Origin: Haliotis rubra
Lineage: Eukaryota
Direction: 5' to 3'
Assembly: GCF_003918875.1 (NCBI RefSeq)
Contig: NW_025767273.1
Location: forward strand, 620,001-684,000
DNA length: 64,000 nt
Part shown: piece after piece, positions 11,495-22,698 of the stretch
Position numbering within the stretch: position 1 is the stretch's first letter
Layout of the letters: every line of letters begins with the position of its first letter
Made by a program: the position numbers and the translations under genes
The notes under the pieces: generated by a model
Seen by the model: only the letters and a program-made list of their open reading frames with translations
What the model was told of the DNA's origin: nothing
The model's database searches: none

Positions 11495-14400
11495 CGGAAA
11501 CGTTACTATTACTACTGCAAGAATATTTCCTATTTTTCCTTATCCTGACTCATGCTTATTTGCTTGTCTTCTTCCTCTTGCGAACATAGTGGAACACTTG
11601 TATCTCTTTATTGAAGCTCCCTTCAATAAAAACGTACGTAAAATCGCTACTCACCAGAGTTATCTCTGTTTCCGGTTTTGGCGGGAAAAGTGGCGCCACT
11701 GTTTTCCCACGCTTCACTCTCTCCTTTGCCCTGTGAGCAGGTTGTGAGAGCGCCTGTGTCTCTTATACGACACTATATCCTTTTATTACTTAGCTAGTCA
11801 CCTCTATTATACTATTATAGAGGTTTAGCTAGTATACTTCAACAATATGGTTTCATGTTTATTCACGGGTTAGTCCGTGTTTGTTCAGTTGTTTACGTTC
11901 ATGAAAAATTGTTCCAATTGTAGATTACGTTTCTCTGCTGCTGACCCTCATCAATTGTGCCCTAGCTGCACGGTACCATGTTCTTTCAGCTCCCGCTGCA
12001 TTAATTGCAAGCATTTAACTACTTGTGCATTAAATAAATACCTTCTTTGCGTCCTTAGACGTGCTGCAGATAGGTCTAGACGGGTTGATCAAGTCATGGA
12101 TAAATCAGCGGAGTTCCTCACCAGTCAACTGCTGTCTGACGACCCCCTTCCGTCTGGTGTTCCGCTGGAGTTTCCCTCGGAGGAGAGGCGTGGGACGAAG
12201 TCGGCCACCTCCAAGAAGAGACCTGCTACTCCGGACATCCCGTCGTCTCAGCCTAAGACTCGGAAATCGTCAACCACCCAGCGCAGACTCCGCACCCCCA
12301 GGGCGTCGACCACGGGGAAGTCAGCGCAGACAACACGGAACGGAACAGGGACTCTATGATGATCAACCGATCATCATCCCAGAGGCTCATCCCAAGAAAA
12401 GACCAGTCTCAGCTACGGTGACTTCAGCGCAGATCTCCACGCAACCCGAGGTATCTACGCTGACAACAGATGAGCGTCCTGTGGGCCACGTCGCTATCAC
12501 CGCAGAAAGGGCAGCGCTACTACCACCGCAGACCTTCAACCCGGGGGACTTTATGCAGCAGTTCTCCCAACAAATCATGGAGATGATGGAGCAGCGTTAC
12601 GGCCTGGAGAAGAAGTCACAGCCAGCCTAGGAAGAGGTCCCGAGCCTTCGTGAAGGCTCCAATGCAGACGTCGTCTCTGAGGGGCCCTCCATCAACGTGA
12701 CATCTGGCAGCAGATCTACACTCCAGGACCAGCCTGCGCGAAGGTCGACTCAACCATCCCCTGCGGCGGACTCGGACGATCAGCATCCGCGAAGGCATTC
12801 GCGAAGGACGACTCGGTCATCACCTGCTACAGATTCGGACGATCAGCATTCGCGAAGGCGTTCGCGAAGGACCAGTCGCCATTCCCCAGATGTGGAATCA
12901 GATGATCAGCGATACAGATGACTTCAGATACAGTATCCAAGACATGTTCTGCATCACGAAGATCGTCGAGGGATTCGCCGAGACATTCACGAACCCACAG
13001 TCGCCACGCCGATCTCCACGCCGATCTCCAAGCAGATCTCCACGCAGGTCTCTGTGCAGGTCTCCACGAAGGTCTCCACGAAGGTCGCCACACAGGTCTC
13101 CGTGCAGGTCTCCGCGCAGGTCTCTGCGCAGGTCTTCACACAGGTCACCGCATTTGCGAAGGACTCCACCTCGATCACCATCAGAGGAGGATCAACGTCC
13201 CTTACTCAACACTCCTGTCATTGAAGATGACGGCGGGATCATCTTTTCGGACGCTGAAATACGCTACTGGATGGCCAACGGTCTAGACTTGGCATCACCA
13301 TCTAAGGATGATAATCCGGCTCACACCTATCTCATGCAGGATGATGATGTCGACACGATCACTCTCCCTCCGATTGATCCCATCGCAGCGGTCCCAGAGA
13401 ACCTGGACGCAGCCTTCAAGTCAGCCACAAAAGCCCAAGCGCCGCATCTAGCACAGTTCAACGCCAAAAAAGTTCTCCTTCCACAACATGGATCCATTCC
13501 TGAAGGCACAGGACATCGATGAGAACTTCAAAGTCATCAGTGATGCCAAGGCTAAGTCTTACAACATTGAAGACAAAAAGTTGGCACAAGTTGAAACTAT
13601 GACCAGGCGCATGTTCTTCGGCCTCAACAGATCAAGGGCAGTCAACGAAACGCTCATCGCTAAATTCCGAGACTCTACTGCGGAAGAAGATAGGATGATA
13701 TATTCGGCCCTCCTTATGCAGAAGAAGGACCAACAGTTTATGACAGACCATCTCTCATCCATCTCCGCAGCGCTGACACTGGCACGTCGACAAGGTCTCC
13801 TCGCCTCCTGCAGTTGGAGTGACCACTTTACCAAGTCACTCTACACAGCCCCATGGTCAACTCCTTCCATCTTCGCTGGAGGAATCGACGTGGTTGCCAA
13901 GGAAGTTACCAAAGACTCAAGGGAGGTCCTTATGATCAAGTCCATAGATACTCTGTCCAGCGTCATCAGGCAAACATCCCAGCGCTACTCGGGCAAGTCC
14001 AAGTTTACTGGGATACAGAGAGCACGTGACAAGAAAGTGGGTAGCACCAGAGGCGGAAAAAGTTCCTTTTGTCGCCCAGCCGGCAACTACAGAGCAAGGT
14101 CCGGACGAGGCAGGGTACCCAGAGGCGCCAAGGATTATCGACGATGAAAGAAGGGTTCGGAACGACTGGAGTCTTCCACCCCCAGCCGTTCCTGTACAAC
14201 CTTCACAAGTGGGTGGACGCCTTCAGCTACACCTGGAAAACTGGGGAATACTTCAAGATCCGTTTGTATCCAACATCCTAAGAAACGGATATCGCATACA
14301 ACTACAGGCCGCTCCACCGCTTACAGTCGACCCTCACAAGTTCGACTTCAAGACTCATCAGATAGAGAGGCGGTCTCATCTCTACTAGTAAAGCGAGCCA

Positions 14401-17400
14401 TAGAGGTCGTAGATCAAACCAACATCACGCCAGGTTTCTACTCCCCAGTTTTCCTAGTGCCCAAGAAAAACTCCAAAGAAAAGTTCCGACTGATCTACAA
14501 TATGAGCACGTTCAACAGAGACTATCTGAGCAGACCTCCCAAGTTCCGCATGATACATCTACCTCAACTAATCCACCTCGTCCGTCCGATGGACTACATG
14601 GCCAGCATAGATCTACAGGACGCCTACCTGCATATTCCTGTACATCCAGACTCGAGGAAGTACCTCAGGTTTACACTGGACGGGCTACATTACCAATGGA
14701 AGGTCCTGCCATTTGGAATATCATCGGCCCCTTGGTTGTTTACAAGGGTGACGAAACCCATAGTCATATATCTACATCATCGAGGTCTACGCAGTGCCTT
14801 TTACCTCGAAGACGGGATTCAAGTACATCAAGATCCCAAGCATCTCAGACTGCAGTTGAACTTTACCATCAAACTGCTTGCACAGCTGGGGTGGTTAGTG
14901 AATCTACTCAAGTCGGACCTAGAATCTACGCAGGACCTGCAGTTCCTAGGCATCAGATTTCTCACGACGCAGAACCGCATCGTCGTACCAGAGGACCGAT
15001 GGCTCAAGATTCAACAGACAATCCCACAAGCCCTACTCTCTCCGTGGCCACTACGACAGTGGCAGAGTCTGTTGGGTCTCCTCACGTCTGCACAAGACAT
15101 GACAGCCAGAGGGAGATTACAGCTACGCCCGTTACAGGTCTTCATCAATGCTCATCTCAACGACCCAGACCCCTTCGGTCTCCCGGACTACCTCAGACCT
15201 CATCTACTATGGTGGACCCAGAGAGCGAATGTCTGCGAGGGCATCTATCTAGCAGAGCCGGAGTGCAAGACTCATCTGTATGTGGACGCGTCACTCCAAG
15301 GTTGGGGAGCACATCTCGACAACGATGTGGCAGCCGGGAAATGGACCAAGGAAGAGAAAAGTCTGCACATCAACATGCTGGAAATGAAAGCAGTCGTCAA
15401 CGCCATACTCCATTGGAGCAACATTCTACAGAATGCGCATCTCATGGTACACACGGACAACTCCACAGTGGCGTTTTACATAAACAAGCAAGGATCAACA
15501 CGATCATTGGACCTGCTGGACCTCTGCTTTCAACTGTTCTACCTAATTGACGATCTGAACATCCACATAAGAGCATGCCACATTCCAGGAGCCAGGAATG
15601 TCATAGCAGACGCACTCTCCCGTCCAACTCAACCATCTCCGACGGAATGGATGCTACATCCCGAGATCTTCAAACAGATCATCAAGGAGATAGGAGCCCC
15701 GCTGATAGACCTCTTCGCCACACGTTTCAACAATCAGCTGACAACATTCGTCTCTCCAGTACCAGATCCACGAGCGTGGGCAACGGACGCTCTCAGCATA
15801 TCCTGGGAAGGACTAAACGCGTACGCGTTTCCACCGCCAGCGCTACTACCGAGGGTGTTGCAGAAAATCAGCCAGACCAGGAACCTCCAACTGATTTTGG
15901 TCGCGCCCTACTGGCCAGCGAGAATGTGGTTCCCTATCCTCATACAAGAACTAGGACCACCACAACTGCAACTACCAGAGTGGTCGAATCTACTCGTACA
16001 TCCTCACACAAAGCAGGCGCACGGCAACCCAGGGACATTCCAACTACACGTGTGGACTGTATCAAGGCGTGCTTGAACAAGAGAGGGTACTCCGCCAGAG
16101 CAGCGAAAGCAGTGACACTAGCTTTACGCAAGTCTACACGCAACTTGTACGACGACAAGTGGCGAAGCTTCGAGACATATGCTGCCAGAAACGGTTTTTC
16201 AGCTAGAAAAGCATCACACCCTCAAGTGGCGGACTACCTTTGTCACCTACGGCAAACAAAGCGGCTAACATGATCTACGCTTTCAACATACCTAGCGGCA
16301 TTGAGCTCAGTCATCACTATGAGGACAGGTGGCAAGCTAACGAAAGTACAAGAGTTACTGGCCTTGTTACGCTCTTATAAGTTGGAGGACCAACAACAGA
16401 GATTCAAAGCTCCGGCGTTGGACCTCAACGTTGTTCTACGACATCTCACCAGTGACGTCTATGAACCATTAGAAACGACATCCTTCGAATTCTTAACACA
16501 AAAGACGCTGTTCCTGCTATCCCTAGCAACATCAGCCAGGATGTCGGAAATACATGCTCTTAACTACGAGAGAACACGTTTTGATGAAAATCAACACACA
16601 GTGCATATGGGAATACGATGGGATTTCATCGCAAAGAATCGACTGCCAGGTCAACCGGACAGACAATTCCACGTCCCAGCATTATCCTCCGTCCTCGGAC
16701 CACAAGATACGCATGACTTATCCTTGTGCCCAGTGAGAGCATTGAGAATATATCTACAACATTCCAGAACTAGGAGACGCAAATTTTTTCGTCCCGATAT
16801 CGACAGCGACACAGACGGAGGTCTCCCGCACTACGATATCAATCTGGATCAGAACTGTCATACTACGGGCCTACAAGGCAGCAGGACTTGATCCTCCAAG
16901 AGCCTCCAACCCACACGAAGTTAGAGTGCTGGCGTCAACACTCGCTCTACATGGGAATTGCTCGCTACAGACGATAATGGAGGGCTGCTTCTGGAAATCA
17001 GACATGGTGTTTGCAAACCCCTACTTGAGAGATATCGCCACCAAGGACGTCTCAAGCATTCACCATTTCGGCCCACTGGTTGTCGCACAACAGTTTACAG
17101 TTCCTCAAAGACGTTGAGACGAAGTCTCGCTCTTTTATCACATGACTTATCAAGCCTACACTCAGCAGAGTTCTGCTTAAGTCTAAATGCACGTCTAACG
17201 ACTAGCATAAGTGATTTGACCCAGTACTTGTGAGAATACTCGTACAGGAAAGGGTCGTTTCTCCACTTGGTGCTTGCATCAAGAAATGGAGTCGCAAAAT
17301 CCACATAAAAATGTTAACAGAGAAAGGACCAAAGTTAACAATTGTGGTCCCCCATCAAAAGTCAGCTGAAAGGACAGGGTCACAAACAGCAGCAGAGATT

Positions 17401-20400
17401 AGCACAGTGCCAATACGAAGTTCCCATAGGGGGTATATATTGACGTAAATCACTACACGAAATCCTAAAGTATTTTTCCCGCCTCCAAATGAGTCAGGAT
17501 AAGGAAAAATATGCAATTTTTTGAATAAAATTGATATTTTATACTTATCCTGACTCATGAGGTAAGCCCTCCCAACCTCCCCTCTGGACAGTTTGGATTT
17601 CCCTGCAAATTCAAGTGTCGGGCTCATTATCAGGAGAGAGTGAAGCGTGGGAAAACAGTGGCGCCACTTTTCCCGCCAAAACCGGAAACAGAGATAACTC
17701 TGGTGAGTAGTGATTTTACGTCCGATTTTTATTGAAGGGAGCTTCCATAAAGAGATACAAGTGTTCCACTATGTTCGCAAGAGGAAGAAGACAAGCAAAT
17801 AAGCATGAGTCAGGATAAGTATAAAATATCAATTTTATTAAAAAAATTACATTTTTCTCCACTGTAACTGTTCCGGATGCTGCTGCATGAAAGTCTGCCT
17901 TCCTGGCACGATACGACATAGAATACCCTGGTGTACATTACAAGACAGGATGACAACAGTCCATGTACGTGACATGTATGTGCCCTGTACGTGCCATGTA
18001 TGTGCCCTGTACGTGCCCTGTACGTGCCCTGTACGTGCCATGTATGTGCCCTGTACGTGCCCTGTACGTGCCATGTATGTGCCCTTACGTGACATATATG
18101 TGCCCTGTATATTTGCCATCTTGTAGTGCCATGTATATTTGCCTGTACGTGACATGTATAAGCCATGTATGTGACATGTATGTGTCCTGTACGTGACATG
18201 TATGTGCCCTGTACGTGACATGTATGTGTCTTGTACGTGACATGTATATGTGCCTGTACGTGACATGTATAAGCCATGTATGTGACATGTATGTGCCCTG
18301 TACGTGACAAGTATGTGCCCTGTACGTGACATGTATGTGCCCTGTACGTGACATGTGCCCTGTACGTGACATGTATGTGCCCTGTACGTGACATGTGCCC
18401 TGTACGTGACATGTATGAGCCTTGTACGTGACATGTATGTGCCCTGTACGTACCATGTATGTGCCCTGTACGTGACATGTATGTGCATGTACGTGACATG
18501 TATATGCCCTGTACGTGACATATATGTGCCATGTACGTGACATGTATGAGCCATGTATGTGACATGTATGTGCCCTGTACGTGACATGTATGTGCCCTGT
18601 ACGTGACATGTATGTGCCCTGTACGTGACTTGTATGTGCCCTGTACGTGACATATATGTGCCATGTATGTTATTGTGTGTGTTTGTACAGAGTCCAGCAA
18701 ATTCAGATGCTCAACCCATGTACAACCCGGTGAGTTGTAATTTTTCTTTATTGAACTCAATCATTTCAAACACAATAACCCATTCCAGATTAGAATAGGT
18801 CCCAGCATGTTTGAGTTGACTCCATGGATCCGTCAGGATCAGTGAACTAAATTTCTACATTGTTTCATTAATCTGTCATCGATGGAGTGATGATGACTGT
18901 GTGTGTCACTATATCCTGACAATATTAGTCTCTGTTCACAATATCAATCACTAGTTTGTGTACATCGTATCTCTCCACAGATAATTCAAAACATCTGCTC
19001 TATGCATTGTGTTCAGCTGATACAGTTTGAACTCATCAGGTTAATTTTTACGCTGAAGACGTTTTTTTTCGTTCGATTCTCCACATGGGCACAATGAGTG
19101 AAGTCCATTTCTGGTGTCCCCCGACGTGATACTGCTGGAATATTTTTAAAAGTGCCTAAAACAATATTCTCACTCACTCACTTGCAGCCTGTGCCTTTCA
19201 CAACCAGTATTCCCGGTGGTATCTACCCTGGCCGCATACTGAACATCAGTGGAATCCCCAACCCTGATCCGACCCGGTGAGTGTACACCTTGATATGTAG
19301 CACTCTAGTGGAGACTCCAATCATAATGACTTCAGTGAATCTGTACCCTGACCACATGACACATCAGTAGAGACCCTCATCCTAATGTCTTCAGTAAATC
19401 TGTACCCTGACCACATGGCACACCAGTAGAGACCTCCATCCTCATGTCTTCAGTTAATCTGTACCCTGACAACATGACACACCAGTAGAGACCTCCATCC
19501 TCATGTCTTCAGTAAATCTATACCCTGACCACATGACACATCAGTAGTGACCCTCATCCTAATGTATTCAGTAAATCTATACCCTGACCACATGACACAT
19601 CAGTAGAGACCTCCATCCTCATGTCTTCAGTAAATCTATACCCTGACCACATGGCACACCAGTAGAGACCTCCATCCTCATGTCTTCAGTTAATCTGTAC
19701 CCTGACAACATGACACATCAGTAGAGACCTCCATCCTCATGTCTTCAGTAAATCTATACCCTGACCACATGACACATCAGTAGTGACCCTCATCCTAATG
19801 TATTCAGTAAATCTGTACCCTGACCACATGACACATCAGTAGAGACCTCCATCCTCATGTCTTCAGTAAATCTGTACCCTGACCACATGACACACCAGTA
19901 GAGACCCCCATCCTAATGTATTCAGTAAATCTATACCCTGACCACATGACACACCAGTAGAGACCTCCATCCTAATGTCTTCAGTAAATCTATACCCTGA
20001 CCACGTGGCACTCCAGCAGAGACCTCCATTCTTATACCTTCGGTAAATCTATACCCTGACCACATGACACACCAGTAGAAACCCCCATCCTAATGTCTTC
20101 AGTGAACATACACCCAATGTGGCACACCAGTAGAAACCCCCATCCTAATGTCTTCAGTGAACATACACCCAATGTGGCACACCAGTAGAAACCCTCATCG
20201 TAATGACTTTACTAAATGTATAATCTGACCAAGTGGCACACCAGTAGAGACCTCCATCCTAATGTCTTCAGTAAATTTTTACCCTGGCCACGTGGCACAC
20301 CAGTGGAGACCAAATCCTATTTTTTTCAGTAAATCTATACCCTGACCATGTGGCATACCAGTAGAGAGCCCCATCTCAATGTCTTCAGTAAATCTAAACC

Positions 20401-22552
20401 CTGACCACGTGGCACCCCAGTAGAGACCCCCATCCTTCAGTAAATCGTGAACATGTGGCACACCAGTCGAGAACCCCATCCTGATGAATTAATTGAAAAT
20501 ATACCTAAATCACATTATCCTCACATTGCTCAGGGGCGATGAGGTAGCCTAATGGTTAAAGCGTTTGCTCGTCACGCTGGAGACACAGGTTCGATTCCCC
20601 ACATGGGTACAACGTGTGAATCCCATTTCTGATGTCCCCGTGCCGTGATATAGCTGGAGTATTGCAAATAGTGGCGTAAAACCATACTCACTCACTCACA
20701 TTGCTCAAGTGTGATACTCTTAGTCGAGTGTTTGCCGTGTCAGACTCGGTCAGTTGCAGGCTGCTCTTCTACAACTGAAATAGTGCTGCAGTTATGCAAG
20801 CACCGTTTATTTTACCTGAGAGTATTACACAAACTGCTTCCCTAGAAGTTGTCTTTCCACCGCATTTGATTTTTGTTGTTGTCACTCAATGCATTTGAAA
20901 CGTTTTTTAGTGTGAACAGTTTTAACTGAAGGAAATTATTAAACTTCCCATTATCTCGTAAAATGTTGTCATGGAAGCATTTGAACAGCAGATGGTGACA
21001 GAATGGGTCATTGTTTGGTTTTGCACTTGAATTGTAGTTATCTGCCCTTGTCATGTACATGACCAGGACAGACATGATTGTAGACATTTCAGGATGGGGC
21101 TGTTTCTAGAAGGATGGCTGTACCTGTAATAAGATCAATACAATTCAACCCTGAGAACAACATTCACTCATTCAGCGTTTCCACCTGGTTGTAGATTCAC
21201 AGTAAACCTGATGTGTGGTCAGAGTAGGCAAGCGGACATTGGCTTGCACCTTGATGTCAGATTCAACCATCTCGGCGATTGCAACCAGACCGTCAGGAAC
21301 CACAGAGTCAGCAATGCTTGGGGAACTGAGGAGACACACCAGAACTACTTCCCCTTCGTGCCCAAAGCCGAATTCAACATGACCATCCTCATTGAACAAG
21401 CCGAAATCAAGGTGAAACATTTAGATGTTTTCATGTGCAAATCCTCCTCAAATAAGATTATGAAGAATATGTGATGGAGGCAGTAAGATATAAAAGTAAA
21501 TGTTAAAAGTACAACTGGTCACTTTTACCGTACTTACGTCTTCATTTGTAGGGGACATAACCTTTGTTATACTACTCATAATGAGTTAATGACCACATAG
21601 TTTTAGAATACCAGGATTCATCATTTTGACGAAAGATGGTCGTAATTACAGCACTGAGGTTATAATTTGTAGGGGACTTAACTCTTGTTATGCTACTCAA
21701 TACGATTTAGTTACCACATATTTTTTTAATACACTCAGCCACTGTTTTGTCTGAGTGGGTTAGATGGATGACATTATGTTTTGGCGATTAAGTGCCTGAC
21801 TCTGAGGGTTTGGGTTGGAATCCCAGAAGAGCCTAACAAAAGTACAAGAATCGGAATTTTACTGAGAAAGTTTTAGCTCAGATATAACATATGTTGCATA
21901 TATTTGTTTCAAGTTTATCTGTCATGGCATATTGATAAAAATGAATAAGATTATCCTTAACTTATTTTGTTCACTATGGGTAGTTTACATGTGCTTTCAG
22001 AAACACTGTGTTTCTGATACTCTACATTTAATGTTTTTCAGGAAGGAAGGGGTTATGGAATAGATGTCAATATTCAAGTCATGTATGATTGCTGACAATG
22101 TTAGCCTGTTAAATTAAGTTTTAGTAATTGTCAGTGGAGAATATTGATGATTAAAATGACAAGGCAAGTCAAGGCAGTGATGCTCGCAGGGTAGAATTTC
22201 TGGGTGATCGCTCTCTGCACTTCTGTTAAGTGACATTATTCAACCAGCAGTGGATGGGTACCCGGTAGGACCAGATGTTAATGTGAATGCAAACTATAAA
22301 CCAAAACAGTTTGTGTTCAGTACTCCCAGGGAGACGAGAACCCATGGAGCTCCACTAGAGAGCTGGAGGATGTAGATATGGTGGCCAATGAAATGCCTCT
22401 TTATAACCTGCTAACTTCAGACCCCTGTATTCCAGGTTGCCGTCAACAACCAACACTTCTTTGAGTTCAATCACAGGATCCAGCCACTTAGCAGAGTTGA
22501 CTTCCTGAACGTCGAGGGTGACGTCCTTCTGACATCCGTCAAGATTCAGTAG
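6275..22552 (+). CDS. Tandem-repeat (two-CRD) galectin, 303 aa. Exons 6275-6307, 9912-10000, 10598-10805, 11277-11396, 18691-18729, 19188-19276, 21195-21411, 22436-22552
   Basis: All exons are GT-AG with consistent phases and total 912 nt. The N-CRD has HFNVR..VRN..WGLEER and the C-CRD has HLDVR..VRN..WGTEET. The linker exon is SPANSDAQPMYNP and the protein ends LTSVKIQ*. Exon 1 (MAYAGGTVVNP) is inferred from phase, ATG context and upstream TATA. Confidence 0.93.
6560..7850 (-). mobile_element. Degenerate L1/Tx1-like LINE ORF2 fragments
   Basis: Translations IIKQWMKRIITPLGKRAIIKSLLISKLN and LIIAKFHIYKCKL are typical Tx1/L1 C-terminal motifs. There is an internal duplication (about 6800-6885 vs 7285-7365), and the element at 7454-7667 interrupts it. 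Confidence 0.7.
7454..7667. mobile_element. MITE/HINE-like element carrying degenerate telomere-like (CCCTAA)n repeats
   Basis: A perfect 18-bp inverted repeat (ttacagaataccggatac at 7454-7471, gtatccggtattctgtaa at 7650-7667) encloses a CCCTAA-variant array that ends in the palindrome cctaaccctagggttagg. Confidence 0.75.
8235..9720. repeat. 54-bp minisatellite in galectin intron 1
   Basis: Unit gtatgagatcaccaaccctcttgagggatgttcctaatacgtgacaccttctct, with a homogeneous core at about 8510-8870 and 18-aa periodicity in the ORF track. Confidence 0.95.
9172..9540 (+). mobile_element. 5'-truncated CR1-like LINE 3' end inserted in the 54-bp array
   Basis: An ORF2-like tail (QCSLYNQHRKIML...) is followed by AATAAA and a short poly-A. 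The array unit is split at aaccc|tttgaa. Confidence 0.6.
10075..10475. repeat. 24-bp minisatellite in galectin intron 2
   Basis: Unit gccacatacagagataggggacta, giving 8-aa periodicity (VASPLSLY) in the ORF track. Confidence 0.95.
11414..11493. repeat. (CAT)n microsatellite with a CGT interruption
   Basis: Directly visible trinucleotide run 17 nt after the galectin exon 4 donor. Confidence 0.97.
11901..14147 (+). pseudogene. DIRS ORF1 (gag-like), broken by several frameshifts
   Basis: N-terminal Cys/His finger (CSNC..DPHQLCPSC..CINC), Ser/Pro/Arg-rich repeats and a helical C-terminal gag region (LTLARRQGLL..LYTAPW..SIFAG), spread over ORFs 11877, 12061, 12697, 12890 and 13488. Confidence 0.8.
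14200..16076 (+). pseudogene. DIRS pol: reverse transcriptase - RNase H - adenine methyltransferase-like domain
   Basis: VGGRLQ..W start, then a frameshift near 14380. RT motifs DLQDAYLHIP, LPFGISSAP and YLED (catalytic YLDD altered). RNaseH motifs VDASLQGWG, HINMLE, TDNSTV and NVIADALSR. MT motifs IDLFAT..DAL..W..YAFPP..APYWP..WF. Confidence 0.92.
16030..17117 (+). pseudogene. DIRS tyrosine recombinase, with an in-frame stop at 16271-16273 and a frameshift near 16790
   Basis: RKSTRNLYDDKW..F, LSLATSARMSEIHAL, FIAKN, LCPVRALRIYL, PHEVRVLASTLAL..CFWKSDMVFANPYLRD, giving the R-H-x-x-R-W-Y catalytic set. Confidence 0.9.
17489..17559 (+). other. DIRS internal complementary region (ICR)
   Basis: atgagtcaggataaggaaaaat is complementary to the left terminus. 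The adjoining ..aataaaattgatattttatacttatcctgactcatg is complementary to the right terminus and extension. Confidence 0.92.
17961..18670. repeat. 22-bp minisatellite in galectin intron 4
   Basis: Unit gtacgtgacatgtatgtgccct. It accounts for the long spurious ORFs at 17810-18760. Confidence 0.95.
19281..20490. repeat. 59-bp minisatellite in galectin intron 6, homologous to the 3' end of exon 6
   Basis: Unit tcagtaaatctataccctgaccacatgacacatcagtagagacctccatcctcatgtct, about 20 copies. Related units occur on the opposite strand at about 200-300 and 826-1035. Confidence 0.95.
20533..20695 (+). mobile_element. tRNA-derived SINE (family A) with TSD
   Basis: tRNA-like head and (ACTC)n tail, with TSD tcacattgctca on both sides. 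Confidence 0.9.
22190..22380 (+). mobile_element. Old SINE remnant with a Meta-like core
   Basis: caaccagcagtggatgggtacc and tactcccaggga resemble segments of the SINE at 53890-54410. Confidence 0.45.
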
Positions 22553-22698
22553 GTCAGCTGACCACGAGACGCGGGGACTCCAGAGGACTGGACGCTGTCC
22601 CAGCGTTCACGAAAAGCGTCGAACCCTCGGACAAAATTGCAGACGGTGCGATGGAAGCCTACCACCTGCCGGCCCCAGTGTCCGACAATATATTTTAC

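Larger units (their letters stand above)
11532..17856 (+). mobile_element. DIRS1-type tyrosine-recombinase retrotransposon, structurally complete but with frameshifts and stops
   Basis: Left ITR about 11532-11725 and right ITR about 17632-17819 (about 4 differences), plus a right extension to about 17856. ICR at 17489-17559. Overlapping gag, RT/RNaseH/MT and YR ORFs. ATTTTT at both junctions and no classical TSD. Confidence 0.95.

Noticed and set aside
14696-15550. 284-aa alternative-frame ORF overlapping DIRS pol
   Set aside because: Low-complexity overlap frame upstream of the YR, expected in DIRS elements, with no independent domain recognised.
17810-18760. His/Thr-rich 316-aa and 268-aa ORFs
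   Set aside because: Products of the 22-bp tandem repeat within a galectin intron.
19281-20490. CRISPR-like or retrozyme interpretation of the regular arrays (CTGAAGA on the minus strand)
   Set aside because: The units are contiguous with no unique spacers and no cas genes. CUGANGA is not followed by a stem II and GAAA.
20533-20610. tRNA genes at the GGGGCGGTGGGGTAGCCTAGTGG heads
   Set aside because: They continue into a shared SINE body and tail with TSDs, and have no proper acceptor stem.
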